Shown in pieces: positions 9,218-17,818 of a DNA stretch of 37,263 bases; position 1 is the first letter of the stretch; the number at the start of each line of letters is the position of its first letter. Both the position numbers and the translations under genes were made by a program. The stretch lies in the NCBI GenBank assembly GCA_041484545.1, contig JBGPHU010000003.1, positions 1-37,263 on the forward strand, read 5' to 3'. The stretch is from Candidatus Eiseniibacteriota bacterium (GTDB lineage Bacteria; Eisenbacteria; RBG-16-71-46; SZUA-252). Below the pieces are notes generated by a model, which did no database searches, was not told where the DNA came from, and worked only from the letters and a program-made list of their open reading frames with translations.

Positions 9218-9615
9218 GCGACTCCAGCGCGCAGACGCGCCACGAGTGCCGCGACCTTCTGGCGGATCTCGTCGCGAATGCGCCGCACGTCGTCGGGCCC
9301 TTTCTTCGACGGGTCCTCGATCGACCAGTCCTCGACCTTCCGCCCGGGATACTCGCAGACGGCGGGATCGTCGCAACCCATCGAGATGACGTGGTCGGCG
9401 CGGTCGAGCATGGCCTTGTCCACGCGCTGCGGCGTTCGTCCCCTGAGATCGATCCCGACCTCTTCCATCGCGTCGATCACGGAAGGATGCACGGCGGCCG
9501 CGGGCTCGGACCCCGCCGAGATCGCCTCGTGCGCGGGCGGCGCCATGCGCTCGAAGAAAGCCTGCGCCATCTGGCTCCGGCCAGCGTTCTGACGGCAGAG
9601 GAAAAGAATCGTCAT
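9214..9615 (-). CDS. arsC: Thioredoxin-coupled arsenate reductase / LMW-PTP family protein
   Basis: P-loop CRQNAGRSQMA, SAGSEP, resolving cysteines GCDDPAVC, W..EDP and RDEI. Confidence 0.85.
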   Translation of the reverse strand: MTILFLCRQNAGRSQMAQAFFERMAPPAHEAISAGSEPAAAVHPSVIDAMEEVGIDLRGRTPQRVDKAMLDRADHVISMGCDDPAVCEYPGRKVEDWSIEDPSKKGPDDVRRIRDEIRQKVAALVARLRAGVA

Positions 9616-9633
9616 GCCGCGACTATACGCGAA

Positions 9634-9686
9634 CCCGTCACGAGGCCGCCAGCGCGCGCCCTGCCCGTCACGAGGCCGCCAGCGCG
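9634..9686. repeat. 23-bp perfect direct repeat (period 30) duplicating the 3' end of the UDG gene
   Basis: CCCGTCACGAGGCCGCCAGCGCG at 9634-9656 and 9664-9686. The second copy contains the UDG stop codon. Confidence 0.9.
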
Positions 9687-10354
9687 TGGGCCTTGTCGAA
9701 CACGCCGCGCCACATGGCGGTTGTCAGCTTCCCCGTGCTCGTGTTCTGCTGGCTCGGATGGTAGGACGAGAGGAGAAATCCTCCTTCCGGAAGCGGCGTC
9801 GACGCGCCGTGCGCGAACTCGGGGCGCGGCCTCAGCTCCGGAAGCCCCAGCTCCCGCCGCGCCTTCCCGAAGGCATCGAAGGCCACCCGCCCGAGCACGA
9901 GCCGGACGCGCACACGTCCCAGCGCCGACATCTCGCGGATCAGGTACTCGCGGCACCGGCCCAGCTCCAGGGCCGTGGGTTTGTTGTCGGGAGGCGCGCA
10001 TCGCGCCGCCGCCGCGATGTACGCGCCTTTGAGCGCGAGCCCGTCTTCGCGGTGGATCGAGTGGGGCGCGCTGGCGAGCCCCTGACGGTGAAGCTCACCG
10101 TAGAGCCATTCCCCCGAGCGGTCGCCCGTGAACATGCGTCCGGTGCGGTTGGCGCCGTGCGCGCCGGGGGCCAGCCCGACGATCAGGAGCCACGCGTCCG
10201 GATCGCCGAAGCCCGGGATCGGACGCCCCCAGTATTCCTCGTGCAGGTACGCCTTCCGTTTCACGCGGGCGATCTCGGCTGAGTATTCGCGGAGCCTGGG
10301 GCAACGCTCGCATGAGACGACATCCCGGGAAATGACGCTGAGATCCCCGGCCAC
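9668..10354 (-). CDS. udgB: Uracil-DNA glycosylase family 5 (UdgB-type, Fe-S)
   Basis: CERCPRL, GLAPGAHGANRTGRMFTGD, RCAPPDNKP and YHPSQQNT motifs. The ORF-track N-terminal extension is antisense to the next gene; the GTG 10354 start is approximate. Confidence 0.9.
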   Translation of the reverse strand: MAGDLSVISRDVVSCERCPRLREYSAEIARVKRKAYLHEEYWGRPIPGFGDPDAWLLIVGLAPGAHGANRTGRMFTGDRSGEWLYGELHRQGLASAPHSIHREDGLALKGAYIAAAARCAPPDNKPTALELGRCREYLIREMSALGRVRVRLVLGRVAFDAFGKARRELGLPELRPRPEFAHGASTPLPEGGFLLSSYHPSQQNTSTGKLTTAMWRGVFDKAHALAAS

Positions 10355-10420
10355 AGGCGCGGCGGCGCCGGGTATAATGCGCCGTTTCCCGGTCGTCACC
10401 CTCACATTCCCGGAGGCATC

Positions 10421-11533
10421 GTGTCGAAGCAGCGCATCCTGTCCGCCATGTTCGCCGCTGCCCTTCTCGTCGGGGTTCTCACGCCCCGCGCCGGCGCGGA
10501 GCTCACGCCGGGCACGCCCGCGCCCGATTTCGCGGGCAACAAGACCTGGATCAACAGCGCGCCCCTCTCGCTCACGAAGGGGCTCGAGGGCAAGGTCGTT
10601 CTCGTGGATTTCTGGGAGTACACCTGCATCAACTGCATCCGCACGCTCCCCGCGCTCAAGCGCATCTACTCGCGATACAAGCCCTACGGCTTGGAGATCA
10701 TAGGCGTTCACGCGCCGGAATTCGATTTCGCCTACAAGCCCGAGAACGTCGCCATCGGAACCAAGCGGCAGCGCATTCCCTGGCCCGTCGTGGTGGACAG
10801 CGACTTCTCGATCTGGCGCGCTTACGATAGCAACTCCTGGCCGAACAAGTTCCTCATCGACTCGCACGGGACCATCGTACGCCAACACGCGGGCGAAGGC
10901 TCCTACGCCGAGCTGGAGCGTGCGATCCGCGACGAGATCCGGAAGGCGAACCCCAGGGTCGCCTTCCCCGCGGCCTGGTCGATCCCGCCCGACACCGACG
11001 ACTTCAATCCGAGCCGGTGCGGCTCGACCTCGGAAGAGACCTACGTCGGAACGGCGCGCGGCTCGCGCTGGGGCGGCGAGATCGGGAATCGCGAAGGCTT
11101 CCAGCCCGGCAAGACGGTGCTCTATTCGAGCATGGCTCGCCAGGTCAAGCGCGGCTTCTCCGCCCACGGCGCATGGAAGAACAACCCCGACGATTTCGAG
11201 CACCCGAGGCGAACCGCGCAGCCCAAGGACTACGTCGGGATTCAGTATCGCGGCTCCGAGGTGTACGTGGTGATGAATCTCAAGAAAGGCGCGACGTCAC
11301 GCGTCTACGTGACCCGCGACGGCAAGCCCGTCCCGGCGCCGAAGCGGGGCGTCGACGTGCAGACCGACGCGCGGGGACGCACCTACATCGACGTGAGCCA
11401 GGGGCGGATGTACTACGCGATCCAGGGGGAGGACATGGGGTCGCACGAGCTGCGCTTGAGCCCCACCGATGCCGGGGTTGCCATCAACTCGTTCACGTTC
11501 GGAAATCGCTGTTTGAAGTTCGACAGGCTCTAG
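10421..11533 (+). CDS. Exported TlpA/DipZ-like thioredoxin with DipZ-type C-terminal beta domain
   Basis: Signal peptide; VVLVDFWEYTCINC, GVHAPEF, WPNKFLID, GEGSY; C-terminus ending INSFTFG. GGAGG RBS and TATAAT at 10373-10378. Confidence 0.85.
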   Translation: MSKQRILSAMFAAALLVGVLTPRAGAELTPGTPAPDFAGNKTWINSAPLSLTKGLEGKVVLVDFWEYTCINCIRTLPALKRIYSRYKPYGLEIIGVHAPEFDFAYKPENVAIGTKRQRIPWPVVVDSDFSIWRAYDSNSWPNKFLIDSHGTIVRQHAGEGSYAELERAIRDEIRKANPRVAFPAAWSIPPDTDDFNPSRCGSTSEETYVGTARGSRWGGEIGNREGFQPGKTVLYSSMARQVKRGFSAHGAWKNNPDDFEHPRRTAQPKDYVGIQYRGSEVYVVMNLKKGATSRVYVTRDGKPVPAPKRGVDVQTDARGRTYIDVSQGRMYYAIQGEDMGSHELRLSPTDAGVAINSFTFGNRCLKFDRL

Positions 11534-11540
11534 GACCGCG

Positions 11541-12842
11541 CTACTTCAAGATCGCGAAGCGCCCGGTTACGGTCCTCGTCGAAGAGTCGATCCGGTACAG
11601 ATAGATTCCCGAGGGCATGCCCGACCCGTCGATCCGGACGGAATGGTCCCCCGCGGGCGCGAGCGACTGGTTCACCACCTCGCGAATCATTCTGCCCCGG
11701 ACGTCGAAGATCCGCACTCGAAGGGACCCCGGCGCGTCGGTGACGAAGCGAAGCGTCGCCTCGGGATTGAGCGGGTTCGGCGATACCGAGGCCGCGAGTG
11801 TCGTCCGATCTCCGATCACCGTGATCGATGCTGTGCCGTGCAGGCTTCCGCCGGACGAGAGTGCCGCCTCCACCGTCACCGTGACATCCTGGCGTCCCGT
11901 CACGTTGCTGAAGAGCCGTTCCAGGTCCGTCCGCGCAAAGCACGCCGTGATCTCCTGAACGCCGTTTCCATCTCGGTCGCCGCCCACGCTCGTCTTGTCG
12001 GGGCTTGCAAGGATCTGACTTACCGTTCCGGTTCCCGGCGAGAGCATCACGAGCGTGTTGAGATTCACGCTCGAGTTCACGTATGCGGCGCCGACAGGCT
12101 CAACCTGCACGCAGAGGCCCGGCTTCCCCGAGTGGATCCGGAAGGTGTCGCCCGAGTTCGTGGAGTAGACCCGCGCCGCGTAGGAAGTCTCGGTCGAGCT
12201 CGCCGCCCTCAGCCCGTCGGTGTCAAACCAATCGACGCCCAGCGTGTAGAAGTTCGGATTGAGCGACGCGTCACAATGACCGCCGAAGCCTGTGAAATTG
12301 TTATATATGAAGGAACTCGCTCCCTCGACGTTAGGCGAGATCCGTATCGACGGGGCACCCGAGGCAACCGTGACGTCGAGGGTCCCCAATTTGTACTTCC
12401 CAGCCGGCAGAGTCAGATCGATCGGCCCAGTGCGGCAAATCGACAGGTAGAAAGGCTCCGACTGATTGGCAAGCTCAGAGTCGAAGCCAACGCTGTCGGC
12501 AAAAGCGCCCCAGATGACCGACCCCGCAGTCCGATCCACGACCTCCAAGAGAAAGCAGTGGAGGAACATGTCCAGCGGCTCGGCCAAGGGCGGGCCCGTG
12601 TGCGAGTTGCAGGTGACCGGCGTCCCGTCTCGATCGTGCGCGATATCGAGCCATACCGTCACGTGGGTCGGTCCGACCGCATTGAGCCGGTCATCCGCCG
12701 TGTTGATTCCGTCACCGTTCGAATCGAGGTACATGTATTGCGCCGATGCTTTGTGGGGAGAGGCAAGAAGCAACGACAGGGTCAGTAGTCCCAGAATGGA
12801 AACATTCGACTGCGGCCTGAGGAATGAGGTTCGCGCGAACAT
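11541..12842 (-). CDS. Secreted protein with a C-terminal FlgD-Ig / T9SS-type-A-like sorting domain
   Basis: Start trimmed to ATG 12842 (GGGAG RBS). Signal peptide ASA|QYMYLD; DxDxDG-like motifs; C-terminus PNPLNP...RIFDVRGRMIR...SGIYLYRI. Confidence 0.8.
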   Translation of the reverse strand: MFARTSFLRPQSNVSILGLLTLSLLLASPHKASAQYMYLDSNGDGINTADDRLNAVGPTHVTVWLDIAHDRDGTPVTCNSHTGPPLAEPLDMFLHCFLLEVVDRTAGSVIWGAFADSVGFDSELANQSEPFYLSICRTGPIDLTLPAGKYKLGTLDVTVASGAPSIRISPNVEGASSFIYNNFTGFGGHCDASLNPNFYTLGVDWFDTDGLRAASSTETSYAARVYSTNSGDTFRIHSGKPGLCVQVEPVGAAYVNSSVNLNTLVMLSPGTGTVSQILASPDKTSVGGDRDGNGVQEITACFARTDLERLFSNVTGRQDVTVTVEAALSSGGSLHGTASITVIGDRTTLAASVSPNPLNPEATLRFVTDAPGSLRVRIFDVRGRMIREVVNQSLAPAGDHSVRIDGSGMPSGIYLYRIDSSTRTVTGRFAILK

Positions 12843-13021
12843 GGACTGGCTCCCTTGGTCGGCATGGTGAGGCGGGGCGCGCTTCGGGGGGGGCGTTGTT
12901 CCGGAACAGAGGAAGCATACGCTCGCCAAGCCTTGTGTAAAGTGGTTTGCCCCTCCGCGCTTGAAAATTCACCAAATTCAGGCGAGAATGAGGTGTCGGT
13001 CGAGGAGCCGGCCACCCACAC

Positions 13022-13843
13022 ATGCGATTTCTTGTTCCGCTGTTAACAACCATATTGCCAGTAGCTTACGCCCTCTCGGTCGCGGCGTACGCGCGGGCGT
13101 ACGTCAGCGAGGGCAGCCCCGCCGAGCGCCTGGGGCCGATCGCCCTTCGCGCGGCGGTCCTCCTCCACATCGTTTATCTCTCGATGCGGGGCGTCCTCGA
13201 AGGGCACCTCCCGCTCGCGTCCGTCTATGACTTCCTCTCCGCCACGGGGCTCTCCATGGCCGTGGTCTATCTCTACGTGGAGTCGCGCGAGCGGATCCGC
13301 ACGACGGGTGTCTTCGTCCTTCCGTTCATTTTCCTGATCCAAATCGTATCGTCGGCGTATGGAAGCCTTGCGGCGCCGGATCCGGTGGCGCTCAAGCCGA
13401 TCTGGTTCGAGCTGCACACGCTGACCGCGGTCCTGGGCTACAGCGCCTTCGCCGTCTCCGCGATCTATGGGGTCCTCTTCCTCCAGCTCTACCGGGACAT
13501 CAAGGCGAACCGCTTCTCCTTCTTCTTCCGGCGCATGCCTCCGCTCGAGACGCTCGGCCAGATGAACATACGCGCCGCGGGTGGCGGACTCGCGCTCCTG
13601 ACGCTCGCGATCGCGCTCGGGGTCGGATGGATCAAGCGCTCCGGCACCGGCACGCTCACCGACCCCAAGATCTGGCTCACGCTCGTCGTGTGGGGCATCT
13701 TCGCCTTCCTGCTTCTCGCCTATCACCGCTTCGGCTGGCGGGGTCCTCGCGCCATCTACCTGTCGCTCGTCGGATTCACGACCCTCCTTCTGTCCCGGGT
13801 CGCCGTGGATCTCTTCTTTCGGTCGTTCCACTCCTTCCGCTAG
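13022..13843 (+). CDS. Cytochrome c assembly family membrane protein (CcsA/HemX-like)
   Basis: Multi-TM protein with WFELHT, MPPLETL and DPKIW motifs and GWRG. Lacks the WGxxWxWD heme-presenting motif. Lies immediately upstream of hemA. Confidence 0.82.
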   Translation: MRFLVPLLTTILPVAYALSVAAYARAYVSEGSPAERLGPIALRAAVLLHIVYLSMRGVLEGHLPLASVYDFLSATGLSMAVVYLYVESRERIRTTGVFVLPFIFLIQIVSSAYGSLAAPDPVALKPIWFELHTLTAVLGYSAFAVSAIYGVLFLQLYRDIKANRFSFFFRRMPPLETLGQMNIRAAGGGLALLTLAIALGVGWIKRSGTGTLTDPKIWLTLVVWGIFAFLLLAYHRFGWRGPRAIYLSLVGFTTLLLSRVAVDLFFRSFHSFR

Positions 13844-13847
13844 CCAC

Positions 13848-15164
13848 GTGACCCCAAAGGCCGGCGTCGACTCGCTCGACTTCCTCTGCGTGGGCCTGAA
13901 CCACGAGACCTCGCCGCTCGAGATCCGTGACGCGCTCGTGATGAACGAGGCCGAGATGGAGCGCGCGATCCGCGTTCTGCGCGACCGCGGAGGAGCCGAG
14001 GAGGCGCTGAGTCTCTCTACCTGCAACCGCACCGAGATCTACGCGCGCGGGGCTTCGGTCTCCGATCTTCCCCTCTTCGTGAACGACCTCCTGCGCGAGA
14101 TCAAGGGCATGGACCTGGGGGCGCGCGGCCACAGGCTCTACGCCTACCGGGAACCCGATTCGGTGCGCCACCTATTCCGGGTCGCGTGCGGACTCAACTC
14201 GCAGGTTCTGGGGGAGCCGCAGATCGTGGGCCAGGTGAAGGACGCCATCACGCTCGCCGCGCGGTCCGGCGGCTCCGGCCCCGTCACGGAACGGCTCCTG
14301 GACGCGGCGCTTCGATGCGCCAAGCGGGCGCGGACCGAGACCGGAATCGGACGCGGACCCATTTCTTCCGTCTACGCGGCCGTCAATCTCGCCTCGAAGG
14401 TGCTCGGGCATCTTGGCGACAAGCGCGTGCTCCTGGTCGGGTCGGGCGAGATGGCCGGGCTGGCCATGTGCCACCTCATGGATTCCGGGGTTCATCAGTT
14501 CGTGATCGCCGCGCGGAATCAGGTGCGGGCCACGGCGCTCGCATCGCGAACCGGCGCGCGCGTGGTGAGCCTGGAGGCGATCCCCGTCGTGCTCCCCGGC
14601 GCCGACATCGTGGTGTCCGCCACGTCGGCCCCCGAACCCGTGATCTCGGGCGAGACCGTGCGCGCGGCGATGAAGATCCGGAAAAATCGCACCCTGCTCC
14701 TGGTCGACCTCGCCGTGCCTCGCGACGTCGATCCGGGAGCCGCCAAGCTGCCCAACGTGTTCCTCCACGATCTCGACGCGCTGGCGGGGATCGTCGCCCA
14801 GAGTCTGGAGCAACGCAGGTCCGAAATCCCCAGGGTCGAGGCGATCATCGAGGATGAGGTGCGGCGGTTTCTGCGCTGGCACCGCTCGCTCGAGCTCAAG
14901 CCCACCGTGACCGCCTTCCGGGGCCAGTTCGAGCGCATCGCGCAGGAGGAGCTGGAGCGCCATCGGGGCCGCTTTCGCCCCGAGGACCAGCCGGCGCTCC
15001 AGGCGCTCACGCGGGGCATCGTGCAGAAGCTCCTGCATCGCCCCACCACGCTGCTCAACCGGGCGGGAGAGGACGGCACGGGGATCCGGCGCATCGACAC
15101 GGTGCGCGAGCTGTTCGGGATCGAGCGCGAGGAGGGTTCCGATGAGGATCGGGACCCGCGGTAG
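13848..15164 (+). CDS. hemA: Glutamyl-tRNA reductase
   Basis: GLNH, STCNRTE, GEPQIVGQVK, GSGEM and DLAVPRD motifs. Confidence 0.97.
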   Translation: MTPKAGVDSLDFLCVGLNHETSPLEIRDALVMNEAEMERAIRVLRDRGGAEEALSLSTCNRTEIYARGASVSDLPLFVNDLLREIKGMDLGARGHRLYAYREPDSVRHLFRVACGLNSQVLGEPQIVGQVKDAITLAARSGGSGPVTERLLDAALRCAKRARTETGIGRGPISSVYAAVNLASKVLGHLGDKRVLLVGSGEMAGLAMCHLMDSGVHQFVIAARNQVRATALASRTGARVVSLEAIPVVLPGADIVVSATSAPEPVISGETVRAAMKIRKNRTLLLVDLAVPRDVDPGAAKLPNVFLHDLDALAGIVAQSLEQRRSEIPRVEAIIEDEVRRFLRWHRSLELKPTVTAFRGQFERIAQEELERHRGRFRPEDQPALQALTRGIVQKLLHRPTTLLNRAGEDGTGIRRIDTVRELFGIEREEGSDEDRDPR

Positions 15165-16062
15165 CGCCCTCGCGCTCGCCCAGAGCGAGCACGTGCGCGC
15201 CTCGCTCCCCGGCGGCCCCCGCGAACACCGGCTCGTGATCATCAAGACCTTGGGGGACCTGAACCCCAACGCCTCGCTCTCGAGAATCGGCGGGAAAGGG
15301 GTGTTCACGAAGGAGATCGAGGAAGCGTTGCTCCGGAACGAGATCGACATCGCGGTCCATTCGCTCAAGGACCTCCCGACGGACGAGCGCCCCGGGCTCA
15401 AGCTCGGCGCCCTTCTCCCCCGCGAGGATGCCCGGGACGCGTTCGTGAGCCGCGAAGGAGTCCCATTCGAGCGCCTTCGGTCCGGGGCGACGGTCGGCAC
15501 CTCCTCGCTCCGGCGCCGATCGCAGGTGCTCGCCAGGCGTCCCGATTTGCGCGTCACGGACCTGCGCGGGAACGTCCCGACGCGCCTCGCGCGTCTCGAG
15601 GATGGAACCCTGGACGCGATCATCGTCGCGGCCGCGGGGCTGAACCGCCTGAAGCTGTCGAACCGCGCGACTCAACTGCTCGACGAAGCGATGATGCTCC
15701 CCGCTCCGGGCCAGGGAGTTCTTGCGATCCAGATCCGCGCGGGAGACCGCGCGACGGCCGACCTTGTCCTGGCTTTGAACGACGGCGAGGCGGCGGCGGA
15801 AGCGACCGCCGAGCGCGCGCTCCTGGAGGGTCTCGGGGGCGGCTGCCTCATCCCCGTCGGCGCCCGCGCGCGGGCGAAGGACGGCACGCTGGAGCTGAAC
15901 GCGTACGTCGGACACCCCGATGGTAGGCCCTCCATTCGCTCGAGCGCCGTAGGGAGAGCCGCGGAGCCCGCGGACCTGGGGCGCGCCCTCGCGGTCACGA
16001 TGCTGGGACAGGGCGCCCGGCCGATCCTGGACGAGGTCCGGAGCGCGGAGCGCTTCCCATGA
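15142..16062 (+). CDS. hemC: Hydroxymethylbilane synthase
   Basis: IGTRGSALA, GKGVFTKE, HSLKD, GTSSLRR, RGNV and GGC motifs. Confidence 0.97.
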   Translation: MRIGTRGSALALAQSEHVRASLPGGPREHRLVIIKTLGDLNPNASLSRIGGKGVFTKEIEEALLRNEIDIAVHSLKDLPTDERPGLKLGALLPREDARDAFVSREGVPFERLRSGATVGTSSLRRRSQVLARRPDLRVTDLRGNVPTRLARLEDGTLDAIIVAAAGLNRLKLSNRATQLLDEAMMLPAPGQGVLAIQIRAGDRATADLVLALNDGEAAAEATAERALLEGLGGGCLIPVGARARAKDGTLELNAYVGHPDGRPSIRSSAVGRAAEPADLGRALAVTMLGQGARPILDEVRSAERFP

Positions 16063-16838
16063 ACCCGCTCTTCTTCCTCACACGTCTGGAGCCGACCGAC
16101 GACATGCTGGCCGCCCGAGCGTCGGCGTTGGGATTCACCGTGCTGCGTGTCCCGCTCCTCGCCACGGAGCCTGGCCATGACAGCGCGGGCGTCCTGAGAC
16201 GGATCTTGAGCCTCGGGGACAAGACCGCGATCGCCTGGACCAGCCGGCGCGCGGCGCAGGCTCTCGCACGGATCGTCCCGCGCGCGGGCGGCGTTCTTTC
16301 GCGCGTTCCTCTCTACGCTCTGGGCGAGGAGAGCGCAGGGCCGGCGCGCAGGGTCGGTCTCGATCCGATGATCCCCGCCGATGGCGAGGGCGCGGGGGCC
16401 GAAGGCCTGGCGAAATTCATCCTGGCGCGCGCATCGGAAGACGGGATCCAGTCGGTCCTCATCCTGCGCGGCGACCGGTCGCTGCCGGATCTACCGGACG
16501 GAATCAAGTCCGGAGGAATCCGGGTATCCTCCATCGAGGTCTACCGCACGCGGTTCCTCGACGCCGACGTGGGCGGGATCACGACCTGGCTCGAAAAGGA
16601 GGCCCCGGTGGCGGTCGCTTTCTTCAGTCCCTCCGGCGTTGCCGCGCTCGAACGGCTGCTTCCGGAGCGGCCGCGCGCGGCGCTCCACGCGTGCGCCGCC
16701 GCGATCGCGCGCGGCCACACGACGGCCAAGGCTCTCGACCGCCACGGATATAGGCACGTGTTCCGCCCCCAAGGCGGAAGCACGTTCGAGGCGGTCGCAC
16801 ACGAGGCGCTCCTGACGACGTATGGGGGGCGGCCATGA
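16059..16838 (+). CDS. hemD: Uroporphyrinogen-III synthase
   Basis: LTR, WTS..A, VYRT and FFSPSGV motifs; located between hemC and hemB with ATGA overlaps. Confidence 0.85.
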   Translation: MNPLFFLTRLEPTDDMLAARASALGFTVLRVPLLATEPGHDSAGVLRRILSLGDKTAIAWTSRRAAQALARIVPRAGGVLSRVPLYALGEESAGPARRVGLDPMIPADGEGAGAEGLAKFILARASEDGIQSVLILRGDRSLPDLPDGIKSGGIRVSSIEVYRTRFLDADVGGITTWLEKEAPVAVAFFSPSGVAALERLLPERPRAALHACAAAIARGHTTAKALDRHGYRHVFRPQGGSTFEAVAHEALLTTYGGRP

Positions 16839-17818
16839 GCTTTCCGGCGACGCGCATGCGGCGGCTGCGGGCGAGCGAATCGCTCCGCGCTCTGGTCCGC
16901 GAGACCTCGCTCTCGCCGCGGAGCCTGGTGGCGCCGCTCTTCGTCTGTCACGGCGAGAAGGTGCGGCGACCCATCGCTTCCATGCCCGGGCATGCGCAGC
17001 TCTCCGTGGATCTTATTGTCGAGCGCGCGAATAAGCTCGCGTCCCTGGGCGTCGGCGGACTCATCCTCTTCGGCATTCCGGCAAGGAAAGATCCCGAAGG
17101 CAGCGAAGCCTACGATCCCGAGGGAATCGTTCCCCGCGCCTTCCGCGCGATCAAGGCCGCGGAGCCCGAGATCCTCCTCTGGGCGGACGTCTGTCTCTGC
17201 GAGTACACCGACCACGGCCATTGCGGGGTGGTGCGGGACGGCGACGTGGACAACGACCGGACCCTTCCGCTCCTGGCCCGCGCCGCCGTCGTCTACGCCG
17301 AGGCGGGCGCCGACATCGTGGCGCCCAGCGACATGATGGACGGCCGCGTGGGCGCGATAAGGAAGGCGTTGGATCAGGCGGGGCACCGGGAGATCCCGAT
17401 CGTGGCCTACTCCGCCAAGTACGCGAGCGGCTTCTACGGACCGTTCCGCGAGGCCGCCGAGTCGGTTCCCCAGTTCGGCGACCGGCGCGCCTACCAGATG
17501 GACCCCGCGAATTCGGACGAGGCGCTCCGCGAGGTCGCGCTGGATCTGGAAGAGGGGGCGGACGCCGTGATCGTCAAGCCGGCGCTTCCCTACCTGGACG
17601 TGATCCGGCGCGTGAAGGACCGCTTCCACGTTCCGGTGGTCGCCTACAACGTCTCGGGCGAATTCGCGATGATCAAGGCGGCCGCCCAGCTCGGCTGGCT
17701 GGACGGCGAGCGGGTCGCTCTCGAATCGCTCACGTCGATCCGCCGCGCGGGCGCGGACCTGATCATCACCTATTTCGCGGAAGAGTTGGCGCCGCTCCTG
17801 GGTAAGAACAGAGCATGA
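16835..17818 (+). CDS. hemB: Porphobilinogen synthase (Zn-type)
   Basis: RMRRLR, DVCLCEYTDHGHCG, PSDMMDGR, YGPFREA, VKPA and YNVSGE motifs. Confidence 0.98.
   Translation: MSFPATRMRRLRASESLRALVRETSLSPRSLVAPLFVCHGEKVRRPIASMPGHAQLSVDLIVERANKLASLGVGGLILFGIPARKDPEGSEAYDPEGIVPRAFRAIKAAEPEILLWADVCLCEYTDHGHCGVVRDGDVDNDRTLPLLARAAVVYAEAGADIVAPSDMMDGRVGAIRKALDQAGHREIPIVAYSAKYASGFYGPFREAAESVPQFGDRRAYQMDPANSDEALREVALDLEEGADAVIVKPALPYLDVIRRVKDRFHVPVVAYNVSGEFAMIKAAAQLGWLDGERVALESLTSIRRAGADLIITYFAEELAPLLGKNRA

Noticed and set aside
9634-9686. Direct repeat as a mini-CRISPR
   Set aside because: Two copies with a 7-nt spacer, overlapping a CDS end, and no cas genes.
12886-12893. G8 run upstream of the secreted protein (also a C8 run in mlaD near 27972)
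   Set aside because: Short homopolymers are common at this GC content, the frames are intact, and nothing indicates phase variation.
12961-12989. TTCACC-AAA-TTCAGG in a possible hem-operon promoter, resembling the lexA repeat
   Set aside because: The period is 9 rather than 11 bp and the second half-site is degenerate, so it is not enough to claim LexA control.
13022-13843. Annotation as a true ccsA holocytochrome synthase
   Set aside because: The WWD motif is missing and no ccsB/resB partner is present.
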